Made by a program: the position numbers and the translations under genes
Notes under the pieces: model-generated
The model's input: only the letters and a program-made list of their open reading frames with translations
The model's database searches: none
Told to the model about the DNA's origin: nothing
Assembly (NCBI GenBank): GCA_963835655.1
Contig: CAWIGJ010000003.1
Location: forward strand, 1,011,380-1,075,379
DNA length: 64,000 nt
Reading direction: 5' to 3'
Source: an uncultured Chloroflexia bacterium
GTDB lineage: Bacteria > Chloroflexota > Dehalococcoidia > DSTF01 > JALHUB01
Part shown: one piece after another, positions 19,243 through 28,512 of the stretch
Layout: the number at the start of each line of letters is the position of its first letter
Position numbering within the stretch: position 1 is the first letter of the stretch

Positions 19243-20614
19243 GCTCCCGCGCGCGTTCAGGGACGAAGCCAGCCGGTCAGCAAGCATCATCCGAAGCCGG
19301 ATACCCTATCGTAGCCCTCGTTGGCCGGCCGAACGTTGGGAAGTCTGCTCTGTTCAACCGCATAATCGGGGGACGCAAGGCCCTCGTCGAAGAAGCGGCT
19401 GGGACGACTCGTGATCGCGTTTACGGCGACATCGAATGGCGAGGAAAGCGCATTCGGCTCGTCGACACCGGCGGCCTGCTCATGGACGGCTCGTTGCCGT
19501 ACAGTGAACTCGTCCGAGCCCAGGTGGAGGTTGCGGCCGACGAAGCCGAAGTAATCCTCTTCGTGGTCGATGGTAAGGAGGGCCTGACCGCCGGGGACCG
19601 CGATGTGGCCGATCACTTGCGACGCGTCGACAAGCCTGTCATCCTCGTCGCCAACAAGACCGAGAGCGAGAGCCGTCGCGAGTCGGCCGTCGAGTTCTAC
19701 GAGCTTGGCCTCGGCGAGCCGTTTGCCGTCAGCGCCTTGCACGGCATGGGCGTCGCTGACCTGATGGACATGCTGGCTGACTTGCTTCCAGAGTCGCTAG
19801 CGCCGGAAGCGCTCGACAACCCTTTCAATCGCCATCGTCGGACGGCCGAACGTCGGCAAGTCGATGCTGACGAATGCTATCCTCGGCGAGGAGCGTGTCA
19901 TCGTCAGCGAGACGCCCGGCACGACGCGCGACAGCGTTGACACTCTCTTCGAGTTTGATGGGCATAAGCTCACCCTTATCGATACGGCAGGCATCCGTCG
20001 AAGAGGCCGTATTGAGGTTGGCGTGGAGAAGCACTCGGTGCTGCGAGCGCAGGATGCGGCGCAGCGGGCCGACGTGGCGCTCGTGCTTATGGACGCCGGC
20101 GAAGGGCTCGCGGCGCAGGACGCGCACATTGCCGGGCTTATCGTGGACAGCTTCGTCGGAATGGTGCTGGTAGCCAATAAGTGGGACTTGGCGCCGCCTG
20201 AGCCTTCCTATCGAAAGGAATTCGAACGTCTCCTTCGCTACCGCCTGCGCTTTGCGCCCTGGGCGCCGCTTTGCTTCGTCTCCGCGAAGGAGCGCACCGG
20301 CGTCGACGAACTGCTGAAGGAGGCCCTGCGCGTCGGTGAGGAGCGACAGAAGCGATTGCCGACAGCTGAGGTGAACGCCGTCGTACAGCGGGCGATCGGC
20401 GAGCGAAGCCCGCCCTTCGACGCAGGGCCGCAAGCTGAAAGTGCTCTACGTGACGCAGGCTCAAACAGCGCCGCCGACTTTCGTCTTCTTCGTCAACGAT
20501 GCCTCCTTGCTCCACTTCTCCTATCGTCGCTATCTTGAGAACCGGTTGCGGAAGGCTTACGGCTTCGAAGGCACGCCGCTGAAGCTCATCTTCAAGAGCA
20601 GAGGGGAAAAGTAG
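19239..20614 (+). pseudogene. der: GTPase Der/EngA (tandem GTPase domains plus KH-like C-terminus) carrying two frameshifts
   Basis: Domain 1 is in the 19239 frame with G1 GRPNVGKS. Domain 2 with its G1 (IAIVGRPNVGKSMLTNAILGEE) continues in the 19864 frame. The C-terminal RKLKVLYVTQAQTAPPTFVFFVNDASLLHFSYRRYLENRLRKAYGFEGTPLKLIFKSRGEK lies in a third frame and ends at 20614. The shifts are near 19821-19835 and 20415-20435. Confidence 0.75.
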
Positions 20615-21247
20615 ATGGCCTGGCAGCTTATCGTCGCCGCCATCATCGGCTATCTGCTCGGCTCCATTCCCGGCGGCTACGTCATGGGGCGCCTGACCCG
20701 CGGCATCGACGTACGTGACTACGGCAGCGGCAAAACGGGCGCCACCAACGCGATGCGGACACTCAGTCTTTGGGCTGTTCTCGGCGTGCTGGTGATCGAC
20801 ATCGGCAAGGCAGCGGCGGCGGTTTCCATCGCCCGCGTTCTCTCAGATAGCGCATGGGCGCAGGCGTTGGCGGGCATAGGTGCGTTTGCCGGACACGTCT
20901 GGCCGCTGTACCTTGGCTTCCGCGGTGGACGGGGTGTCTCCGCTGCTTACGGCTCCCTCCTTGCGATGAACCCACTAGCCAGCCTGGCGCTGCTTCCCAT
21001 CGCCTTGCTGATTATCGCTGTTACCCGCTACATGTCACTGATGTCGATTTCGATGGCGCCGATTGCCGCCGCGCTCTTCCTGGCGCTGGCAATAGCAGGC
21101 GTGTTGCCTTATGCCTACTCTGTCTACGGCATGGTCGTTGCGGCGATGATCGTCATCCTTCACTACGACAACATCCGCCGCCTGCTTTCAGGCACCGAGC
21201 GGAAGATCGGTCAGAAGGAGCTGCAACGGACCGGAGGCCGTTGGTGA
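20615..21247 (+). CDS. plsY: Glycerol-3-phosphate acyltransferase PlsY
   Basis: 210-aa polytopic protein with PlsY motifs (GSGNPGATN-like GSGKTGATN). Confidence 0.85.
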   Translation: MAWQLIVAAIIGYLLGSIPGGYVMGRLTRGIDVRDYGSGKTGATNAMRTLSLWAVLGVLVIDIGKAAAAVSIARVLSDSAWAQALAGIGAFAGHVWPLYLGFRGGRGVSAAYGSLLAMNPLASLALLPIALLIIAVTRYMSLMSISMAPIAAALFLALAIAGVLPYAYSVYGMVVAAMIVILHYDNIRRLLSGTERKIGQKELQRTGGRW

Positions 21248-21768
21248 AAAGCGTAGCTGTCGTCGGCTCCTCAAGCTGGGGCACCGTCCTCGCGGTCCTC
21301 TTCGCCCGCAACGGCTTGCCGGTCCGCCTCTGTGCCTATGACGAGGCCGATGCGGAAGCGCTTCGTCGTGGCGGCGAAAACGCGCGACTTGAGCCTGGCC
21401 TGCGTTTCCCTCCTGTACCGCGCCTTGGAATCGCGGCTGGCGCCCAACCGCTGACCCTCCTCGGCCTCGCGGGCGTCGGCGATCTCATGGCCACCTGCTA
21501 CAGCCCCCTCAGTCGCAACCATCGCGTCGGCATCGAGCTGGCGAAAGGACGCTCGCTCGACGAAGCTCTTGCCTCACTCGGCCAGGTCGCTGAGGGCGTG
21601 GCGACGACCGTTGCAGCCCGTGGACTGGCTCTTCGCTACCGGGTCGAGATGCCTATCATACAGATGACCTATCAGGTGCTCTTCGAAGGGCTGGACCCGC
21701 GCCGCGCCGTCGCCGAATTGATGCTTCGGGCGCCCCGTCACGAACTCCACGGAGTCGGCCGGAAGTGA
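21244..21768 (+). pseudogene. gpsA: gpsA (NAD(P)H-dependent glycerol-3-phosphate dehydrogenase) with an in-frame internal deletion
   Basis: The N-terminal Rossmann fragment (VAVVGSSSWGTVLAVLFARNG…LEPGLRFPPVP) is fused directly to the C-terminal fragment (RLGIAAGAQPLTLLGLAGVGDLMATC…VEMPI…). About 150 central residues, including the KGIE catalytic region, are absent. The ORF is 175 aa against about 330 expected. Confidence 0.7.
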
Positions 21769-22229
21769 TCACGGTCCGTCCCCTGTGGCCCAACGATATA
21801 CCTCAGTGTGAAGCCATCCTGCGCGGCCTGCCAGAGTGGTTCGGCTTCGAAGCCGCTCTCCTCCAGTTCGTCGATGACCTTGCGCGTCTGCCCGGTCTCG
21901 TGGCTGTCGAAGGCGACGACGTTCTCGGTTTCCTCGCCTTGCACGACCACAGCGCCGAATCGTCCGAGATCCACGTTCTCGCTGTCCACCGCGGTCGTCA
22001 CCGCCAGGGAATCGGCCGCGCCCTGCTGGAAGGCGCGGAAGCCGGCCTGCTCGCCAGGGGCGTCAAGCTGCTTCAAGTGAAGACGCTTGGCCCGTCGAGC
22101 GATGATGCCAACTACGCCAAGACACGCGCCTTCTACCTGGCGATGGGCTTTTCCCCGCTGGAGGAGACTTCAGCTTTCTGGGGCCAACAGCAGCCCACTT
22201 TGCTCATGGTGAAACGCCTTTGCCCTTGA
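21765..22229 (+). CDS. GNAT-family N-acetyltransferase
   Basis: Acetyl-CoA binding motif RGRHRQGIGRALL. GTG start overlapping the gpsA stop. Confidence 0.75.
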   Translation: MITVRPLWPNDIPQCEAILRGLPEWFGFEAALLQFVDDLARLPGLVAVEGDDVLGFLALHDHSAESSEIHVLAVHRGRHRQGIGRALLEGAEAGLLARGVKLLQVKTLGPSSDDANYAKTRAFYLAMGFSPLEETSAFWGQQQPTLLMVKRLCP

Positions 22230-22321
22230 ATCACCTCCATTCTCTGCTGCCCCTTGAGCGCTTGCGCCCGTCATTGACAAGCCGTTTTGGCGGTGCCTAG
22301 ACTGAATTCAAGGGGAACCCA

Positions 22322-23242
22322 ATGGCATTGCAGGACTATCTGGATGAGTTGAAGAACCCCTCGCGGCCGCTCTTGGCTTCGAGGCTCAGCGAAATCTCTT
22401 CGCTGTCGGCTGTTGATGCGTCTGCGTTGGCCGATATCTGGCCGCAAATAGAAGTCGCGCGGCGCCGCCAGGTCCTGCGCCGCCTGCTCGAGCTTGCTGA
22501 AGACAACGTCGAGCTCGACTTCGACCGCGTCTCAATCCTCGCTCTTGACGACAACGATGCCGAGGTGCGCGCTCTCGCCATCCAGGGTCTGTGGGAGCAT
22601 GAGGACCGTGACCTGATCACGCCTTTGATCAACATCCTGAAGGATGACCCGTCGGCGACCGTTCGCGCTGAAGCCGCCGGCGCTCTTGGCCATTTTGTCC
22701 TGCGGGCAGAGTTCCAGCAGCTGAATCCAATGGACAGCCGTCGCATTACAGACGCATTGCGAGCGACGATCGACAATTCCGATGAGTCAGCCGAGGTCCG
22801 TGGCCGGGCACTTGAGTCCATCGGTGCTCTCAGTACGCCCTGGGTTCGCAGCAGCATCGAGAACGCCTATCGCAGTGGCGACTGGCGTCTTCGCATCAGT
22901 GCCGTTCACGCGATGGGCCGAAATTGTGACCGCAATTGGATCTCGCTCCTTTCCAAGGAGCTGGAGAGCGACGTTCCAGAGATGCGCTTCGAGGCCGCCA
23001 CCGCCTGCGGTGCTTGCTGCGACGAGAATGTGGTACCTCTCCTGAAACCCCTGCTCGAGGACGAAGACGCGGAGGTACAAGAAGCCGCGATAGCCGCCCT
23101 CGGTGAAATCGGTGGCGATGCGGCGAAACGTGCGCTCCGAGAGATCGACCGCCACCCGGAGGTGCGCGTCCGCGAAGCCGTGGCTGCCGCCCTCGAAACA
23201 ATCGAGTTCAACGAGGACCCGCTGGGGTTCCATCTGCCGTAG
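22322..23242 (+). CDS. HEAT-repeat (PBS-lyase type) protein
   Basis: Repeated E/D-x-V-R-x-x-A-x-x-A-L-G units throughout. Confidence 0.7.
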   Translation: MALQDYLDELKNPSRPLLASRLSEISSLSAVDASALADIWPQIEVARRRQVLRRLLELAEDNVELDFDRVSILALDDNDAEVRALAIQGLWEHEDRDLITPLINILKDDPSATVRAEAAGALGHFVLRAEFQQLNPMDSRRITDALRATIDNSDESAEVRGRALESIGALSTPWVRSSIENAYRSGDWRLRISAVHAMGRNCDRNWISLLSKELESDVPEMRFEAATACGACCDENVVPLLKPLLEDEDAEVQEAAIAALGEIGGDAAKRALREIDRHPEVRVREAVAAALETIEFNEDPLGFHLP

Positions 23243-23245
23243 GAG

Positions 23246-23722
23246 GTGCGGTTGTCAGAGAAACAGGGGAACGGTTTGCGGACGGAGTCAGCTACATCGG
23301 CGGGCGGCGTCGTCTATCGACTTGGTGATCAGGGTCTCGAGGTCGTAATTTGTGGTCGCTCACGTGAGGGCATTTGGGGCCTGCCGAAGGGAACGCCGGA
23401 GCCCGGGGAAGACCTCATTACGGTCGCGACCCGCGAGGTCCGCGAGGAGACGGGATTGGAAGTCCGGCCGGAGGACCAAATCGGATCCATACGCTACTGG
23501 TTTGTTAGAGAGGGCGTTCGCTACCATAAGACGGTCTATCACTATCTTTTCGTGCCCATCGGCGGTAGCCTGGAGGCGCACGACGCCGAGTACGACCGCG
23601 TGGAATGGCTCAACGTCGAGGAAGCATGTCGACGGCTCAGCTACCAGAATGAAGTCGATATAATCCGGAAGGCTGCCGAGATGATAGCGCGCCGACAAGC
23701 GCCTACTGAGCAGAGGGCATGA
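23246..23722 (+). CDS. NUDIX hydrolase
   Basis: Nudix box GLPKGTPEPGEDLITVATREVREETGL. Confidence 0.85.
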   Translation: MRLSEKQGNGLRTESATSAGGVVYRLGDQGLEVVICGRSREGIWGLPKGTPEPGEDLITVATREVREETGLEVRPEDQIGSIRYWFVREGVRYHKTVYHYLFVPIGGSLEAHDAEYDRVEWLNVEEACRRLSYQNEVDIIRKAAEMIARRQAPTEQRA

Positions 23723-24264
23723 CGAAGACAGATGTCGAGGGTGAAGTCGCCCGTGGCGAGAAGATCGTCCTTCGGCAGAAGCGGCTGTCCGACGCCGAAG
23801 CCGAGTACGCCTGGCGTAAGGACCCCGAGCTTGCATCCTACGACGCTGCTAAGCCCATCACGACAGCCTGGGAGGACTTTCTTGCGCTCTACGAGGACGA
23901 CCTTAGCCATCCGACGCCGTTTCGCACCTCCTTCGCCGTCGACGACATCGAAGGGCGGCACATCGGCAACGTCATGCTTTACAGCATCGATCTCCTCAAG
24001 GGCGAAGCCGAGATAGGCATCACCATCGGCGAGAGGCTTTATTGGAGCCGCGGCTACGGCACTGACACGTTGAAGGCGCTTGTTCGCTACGTCTTCGCAA
24101 ACACCAATATGACCCGGCTCTATCTGAAGACGCTCGACTGGAACCTGCGGGCGCAGACGTCATTCAGGAAGGCGGGTTTCGTCCAATACAATACGTCGCG
24201 ACGAAGCAATGGGTCATTCATCCTCATGGAGTTGCGGCGCGGCGACTGGGGCGCGGACCAATAA
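23719..24264 (+). CDS. GNAT-family acetyltransferase (RimJ/RimL-like)
   Basis: GNAT fold motifs. Overlaps the preceding gene by 4 nt. Confidence 0.7.
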   Translation: MTKTDVEGEVARGEKIVLRQKRLSDAEAEYAWRKDPELASYDAAKPITTAWEDFLALYEDDLSHPTPFRTSFAVDDIEGRHIGNVMLYSIDLLKGEAEIGITIGERLYWSRGYGTDTLKALVRYVFANTNMTRLYLKTLDWNLRAQTSFRKAGFVQYNTSRRSNGSFILMELRRGDWGADQ

Positions 24265-24326
24265 CCAGAAAAACGTGGCCGAGGCTCGAAAAGCCTCGGC
24301 CGTTCGGGTTCAACCACCCCGCATTA

Positions 24327-25235
24327 TCACGCTGATGCGTTTCGTCCCGGTATCGGTAGATCCGGTGGTGGCGGCGACGGATTTGCTACTCCCGACATCA
24401 GTCCTCGGGGCATGACCGCGGCCAGTTCCTCTACCGTCCACATCCCTTCTTTGTTGATCGCCCGGCCCATCTCCTCCTCGAACGCCAGCGAAATCGCGCC
24501 GCCGGAGACGTAGAAGACCTTACCGTTGACGTTCCATGCCTCCTCGGTCGCCAGATAGGTCACCATGGACGCCACCTGTTCCGGCGTCCCCAGCCGAGGC
24601 GCCTTTCCGCTCGCCCGAACGACTCCTTCTGTAAGCCGCGTCTCCGCCATCGGCGCTACCGCATTGACCGTGATGGCGTTGCGGCCCAGCTCTCGCGAAA
24701 GGACCCGTGTCAGGCCGACGACCCCAGCCTTCGACGCAGCGAAATTCGCCTGGCTGTGTGCTCCCAGCAACGCCGATGGTGAAGTGAAGTTGATGATGCG
24801 CCCATAGCGCTGGCGTCGCATTTGGATGGCGGCTGGATGGCACGTGCAGTAGTGGCCCTTGAGGTTGACGGCTATTACGGTATCCCAATCCTCTTCGGTC
24901 ATGCCAAGGAAGTCGCGGTCCCGCAGGATTCCAGCAGCGTTGACGAGGATGTCCAGCCGCCCAAAGTTGTCAATGGCGGTCTTGACGATGCTCTCACCGC
25001 CCTCAACCGTCGCGACGCTCTCAAAACTGGCGACTGCGCGGCCGCCGTCTGCCGCAATCTTATTGACGACGTCCTGCGCTGGGCCGCTGCTTGGTGCGCT
25101 TCCGTCGGCGGCAACGCCCAGGTCGTTGACGATGATCGCGGCGCCTTCTGCTGCCAGCGCCAGCGCACACGCCCTGCCGATTCCCCGGCCGGCGCCGGTT
25201 ACTGCCGCTACCCGGTCCTTCAGTCTATCCGTCAC
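24327..25235 (-). CDS. Short-chain dehydrogenase/reductase (hydroxyacyl-CoA dehydrogenase-like, MFE-2 N-terminal type)
   Basis: TGAGRGIG cofactor motif and a YxxxK-type active site region (SKAG). Confidence 0.8.
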   Translation of the reverse strand: MTDRLKDRVAAVTGAGRGIGRACALALAAEGAAIIVNDLGVAADGSAPSSGPAQDVVNKIAADGGRAVASFESVATVEGGESIVKTAIDNFGRLDILVNAAGILRDRDFLGMTEEDWDTVIAVNLKGHYCTCHPAAIQMRRQRYGRIINFTSPSALLGAHSQANFAASKAGVVGLTRVLSRELGRNAITVNAVAPMAETRLTEGVVRASGKAPRLGTPEQVASMVTYLATEEAWNVNGKVFYVSGGAISLAFEEEMGRAINKEGMWTVEELAAVMPRGLMSGVANPSPPPPDLPIPGRNASA

Positions 25236-25244
25236 GTTCCTCTC

Positions 25245-26309
25245 TCATTCCGCCTCATCGTCCGGTGGCATCCCCTCTTCCGCGTGAGAGCGTGCGAAGG
25301 AGGGCTTAAGGTGCTCGGCCGGCGGCCCAGGGTTCTCGAGCAACTGGGTTAGCTGCGTTGGGACCACCAGGATGAGTTCGTCGACTGAGTAGCCTTCCGG
25401 CTTGAAGATCGTCCGCCGTGGCACGGGCGCCTGCGATAGCGAGACGCTGCCGCCGAAGACGTAGAAGACCTGGCCGTTTATGTTCCAGGCTGCGTCGCTG
25501 GCAAGGTAGGCGATGAACGGCGCGATGTATTCCGGCTCCGGTATGACGAGCCCATACTTCGCCGCCATGCTTGCCATGCCAACAGTCAGACGCGTCGAAG
25601 CCATCGGCGCGATGGCGTTGCAGGTGATGCCGTAACGGCCAAGCTCCCGGGCCAGCACGCGCGTAAGACCAGCGATCGCCGACTTCGCGGAGCCGTAGTT
25701 GGCTTGCGCCGCATTCCCCATCAAACCCGAGGAGGATGACGCGTTGATGATCCGTCCACAGCGCTGTTGCTGCATCTGCGCCGCAGCTGCCTTGGAGCAG
25801 GCAAACGTGCCCTTGAGATGAACCGCCATGACGGCATCCCAATCGGCTTCGGTCATTTTGATGAACATACCGTCGCGCAGAATACCTGCGTTGTTGAAGA
25901 GGATGTCGATGCGGCCCCAGGTGTCGACGGCCGTGGCGACGATTCGCCTGCCGCCGTCCATGCTCGCAACGGAATCGTGGTTTGCGACGGCTTCCCCGCC
26001 CGCGGCTTTGATCTCGGTGACAACCTGATCGGCTGGCGCCTGGTCCTGGCCCGTGCCGTCGGGAGAGACGCCTGGGTCGTTGACGACCACGCGCGCCCCT
26101 TCCTTCGCCAGGTACAGGGCTACGCAGCGACCGATGCCGCGGCCGGCGCCGGTGACTACTGCCACTTTTCGTTGCAAGGCTCCGGCCGCTGTCTCGATCC
26201 TGGGAGTTTCTTTTCCTGCTGATTCGGGCGGCTGCATCAGCCTCGCGAAGGGAGGATAACGGTCGCTTTGCCGGGTGTCGTCTTCTCGCCGTCGTCCTTC
26301 TCGGTCCAA
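25245..26309 (-). CDS. Short-chain dehydrogenase/reductase, paralog of the previous gene
   Basis: TGAGRGIG and SAKSA motifs. The N-terminal ~40 aa are probably an over-extension. Confidence 0.75.
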   Translation of the reverse strand: MDREGRRREDDTRQSDRYPPFARLMQPPESAGKETPRIETAAGALQRKVAVVTGAGRGIGRCVALYLAKEGARVVVNDPGVSPDGTGQDQAPADQVVTEIKAAGGEAVANHDSVASMDGGRRIVATAVDTWGRIDILFNNAGILRDGMFIKMTEADWDAVMAVHLKGTFACSKAAAAQMQQQRCGRIINASSSSGLMGNAAQANYGSAKSAIAGLTRVLARELGRYGITCNAIAPMASTRLTVGMASMAAKYGLVIPEPEYIAPFIAYLASDAAWNINGQVFYVFGGSVSLSQAPVPRRTIFKPEGYSVDELILVVPTQLTQLLENPGPPAEHLKPSFARSHAEEGMPPDDEAE

Positions 26310-26668
26310 ATGTCGAGTTCGACGAGGTTCTTTCCGCCCTCTTGCTTCTTCGCCGTTATCACGCCGCGGCAGATCATGTTCTGTCCTGGAACGTCCATTC
26401 CTCGGTACTGGCAGCTATACTTCTTGATCTTGCCCTTCTCGCCCAGCCAATCCCACAGCATCTGGCCCAGGAAAGCGTTCTTGAGTGCTCCGTGGACGAT
26501 AACCCCAGGCAGGCCATTGGCGGCCGCGAAGTCCTTGTCGTAGTGGATCTGGTACATGTCACCGGAGCCGGCAGCCCACATGACAAGCTGCTGCGTCGTG
26601 CAATTCTTCACCAGCTTCGGTATCTCGTCGCCAACGTTTACGTCTTCGAAATAGACTTGGTCAGCCAT
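26237..26668 (-). CDS. MaoC-like (R)-specific enoyl-CoA hydratase (hotdog fold)
   Basis: 143 aa with the MaoC dehydratase signature. Confidence 0.75.
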   Translation of the reverse strand: MADQVYFEDVNVGDEIPKLVKNCTTQQLVMWAAGSGDMYQIHYDKDFAAANGLPGVIVHGALKNAFLGQMLWDWLGEKGKIKKYSCQYRGMDVPGQNMICRGVITAKKQEGGKNLVELDIWTEKDDGEKTTPGKATVILPSRG

Positions 26669-26680
26669 CGTATGCCTCCC

Positions 26681-27175
26681 CTAATAAATGATGCCGGTGC
26701 CGCGCTCAGTGGCCACCAGCTTGCCTGCGGCATTGTAGAAGTTCGCTTCCGACGTGAGGATTATCATCTTGCCCAGCGCGCCGGTCCTCTCTCGAACATC
26801 GAGGATCTTGCTGATGCTCTTCAGCGTGTCGCCAGCGCAAATGTCCTCGTCGTAGTACTCGAACTCCGTGCCGCCGTTGAGGAGGCGTGAGACCTTCACG
26901 CCGGGAAGGCCCGGTGAACGCTTAACGGAATTGCCGATGATGTTAGTGGGAGTCTGGGGTGTGTGTATCGCGTGCCCTAGGAAGCCGGGAGGGCAGATTA
27001 TGCTACGATGCCCCTTGCCCTTGGCATATGCCTCGTCGTAGAAGACGAGGTCGGTGTGACCGACGGCACGAGCAAACCAACGGATCGCCGTCTTGTCGAC
27101 CTCGACGATCAGAGGCTCTCCTTCTTTGCCCACGGCCGCTCGCGCCTCGTCCGTGAGAAGCGATTCTTGAGTCAC
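26681..27175 (-). CDS. MaoC-associated N-terminal hotdog subunit (partner of the hydratase)
   Basis: 164 aa with a hotdog N-terminal-type sequence. Arranged tandem to the MaoC gene. Confidence 0.6.
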   Translation of the reverse strand: MTQESLLTDEARAAVGKEGEPLIVEVDKTAIRWFARAVGHTDLVFYDEAYAKGKGHRSIICPPGFLGHAIHTPQTPTNIIGNSVKRSPGLPGVKVSRLLNGGTEFEYYDEDICAGDTLKSISKILDVRERTGALGKMIILTSEANFYNAAGKLVATERGTGIIY

Positions 27176-27346
27176 AGCTCTCCTACCTCCTTACTGGAAA
27201 CATGCGTTCAGAAGATGGTCCTGCTAGCCCATCAGATATGTGCTGACCATAGCGCAAGCTCTGATTCGTGTCAAACGGACGGGATGTGCATCTCGACCTC
27301 GTCCGCCGGACGCAGGTCCAGCGGCTCGAATCGGCCCGCCTGCAGC

Positions 27347-27943
27347 TCAACGATGAGGTCCTTCAAGAGAGGTTATGCGCTTCTCGAACCGCGTCACGCA
27401 CCGTCCGACCTGATGCGGCTGATGTGCGTCGCTCCCGCCCGTGCCTCGCATACCCAGCCTCTGGCGCAGCCGCTCGGAGAAGTCGTTCTGTTGTGGAGCG
27501 CCCCGTCCGTGCAGCGTTTCCAGCGCGACACATTGCTTGTAGGCGGGATTGTCCATGGCCTTGTCCAGGCTGCGTTCCAAATCTTCGCCGGAAAGCTCGT
27601 ACCATGGCATGTAGCGACGGTACGGATGGGCCGCAACCATCACTCCGCCGGCCGCTTTCACCATCGCTGCCAGCTGCTCGACGCGGTGCATCCCGAACTG
27701 GTACTTCTGGAGTCCGTAGACGAGCATGTGCCCGCACTCGGTGTTCGCCTCTAGCCCCGGCAGGACGAGGAAGTCGTGCTTCTTCGCCAGCGCCTCGCAC
27801 TCGGCGACATCCCAGAAGTAGTCGTGCTCAGTGAAGCAAATGCCTTCGACGCCGGCCTCCTTCGCGAGTTCGATCATCTGGTCCGGAGTCAAGGCGGAAT
27901 CCCAGGAGATGGGGTAAGTGTGCGAATGCAAATCGATGAGCAT
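27347..27943 (-). CDS. PHP-domain metal-dependent phosphoesterase
   Basis: N-terminal HSHT motif and distributed His/Asp ligands (GGSDAH). Confidence 0.75.
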   Translation of the reverse strand: MLIDLHSHTYPISWDSALTPDQMIELAKEAGVEGICFTEHDYFWDVAECEALAKKHDFLVLPGLEANTECGHMLVYGLQKYQFGMHRVEQLAAMVKAAGGVMVAAHPYRRYMPWYELSGEDLERSLDKAMDNPAYKQCVALETLHGRGAPQQNDFSERLRQRLGMRGTGGSDAHQPHQVGRCVTRFEKRITSLEGPHR

Positions 27944-28034
27944 GAGAGGTAATTTCAGTATCCGCGTTTGTCAGAGATGGTGTCAATGAAAGGCGAAGGC
28001 GCTATGCTAGTATGGCCTTACCTGGAGGGATAGC

Positions 28035-28499
28035 TTGGCGCGACGACATGAGATCGACGTAAAGGTCGACGGACGTTTTCGCAATGCAGTCGACGAGACT
28101 TGGCTGCGCCATGTCGTTGCGGACGTCCTCGCCGCCGAGGGCACTGGTGACGCCCGAGTTGGCGTCGTCATCGCCAGCGATGCCATGGTGCGCGATCTGA
28201 ACCGGCGGTTTCGCGGCGAGGACGCCCGGACCGATGTCCTCTCCTTCTCCCAACGCGAGGATGCTGGCGAGTTCGTCCTTCCACCTGGCGAATCGGCCCA
28301 CTTGGGCGACGTAATCATCTCACTGCCCGCGTCGCGCCGGCAGGCGAAGCAGGCGGGGCATTCGCTCGAGCGCGAACTCGCCCTTCTCCTCGTTCACGGC
28401 CTGCTCCACCTCCTTGGTTATGATCACGCAACCGGCGAGCAGGCACGTGCCATGGAGTCGCACCAGACCACTCTACTGGCCGGTCTGGGAATGATATAA
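28035..28499 (+). CDS. ybeY: rRNA maturation endoribonuclease YbeY
   Basis: HGxLHLxGYDH zinc motif. Confidence 0.9.
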   Translation: MARRHEIDVKVDGRFRNAVDETWLRHVVADVLAAEGTGDARVGVVIASDAMVRDLNRRFRGEDARTDVLSFSQREDAGEFVLPPGESAHLGDVIISLPASRRQAKQAGHSLERELALLLVHGLLHLLGYDHATGEQARAMESHQTTLLAGLGMI

Positions 28500-28512
28500 T
28501 CTCGGTGGGATA

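Noticed and set aside
27008-27834. Plus-strand ORFs of 248 and 188 aa opposite the hotdog and PHP genes
   Set aside because: Antisense, low-complexity.
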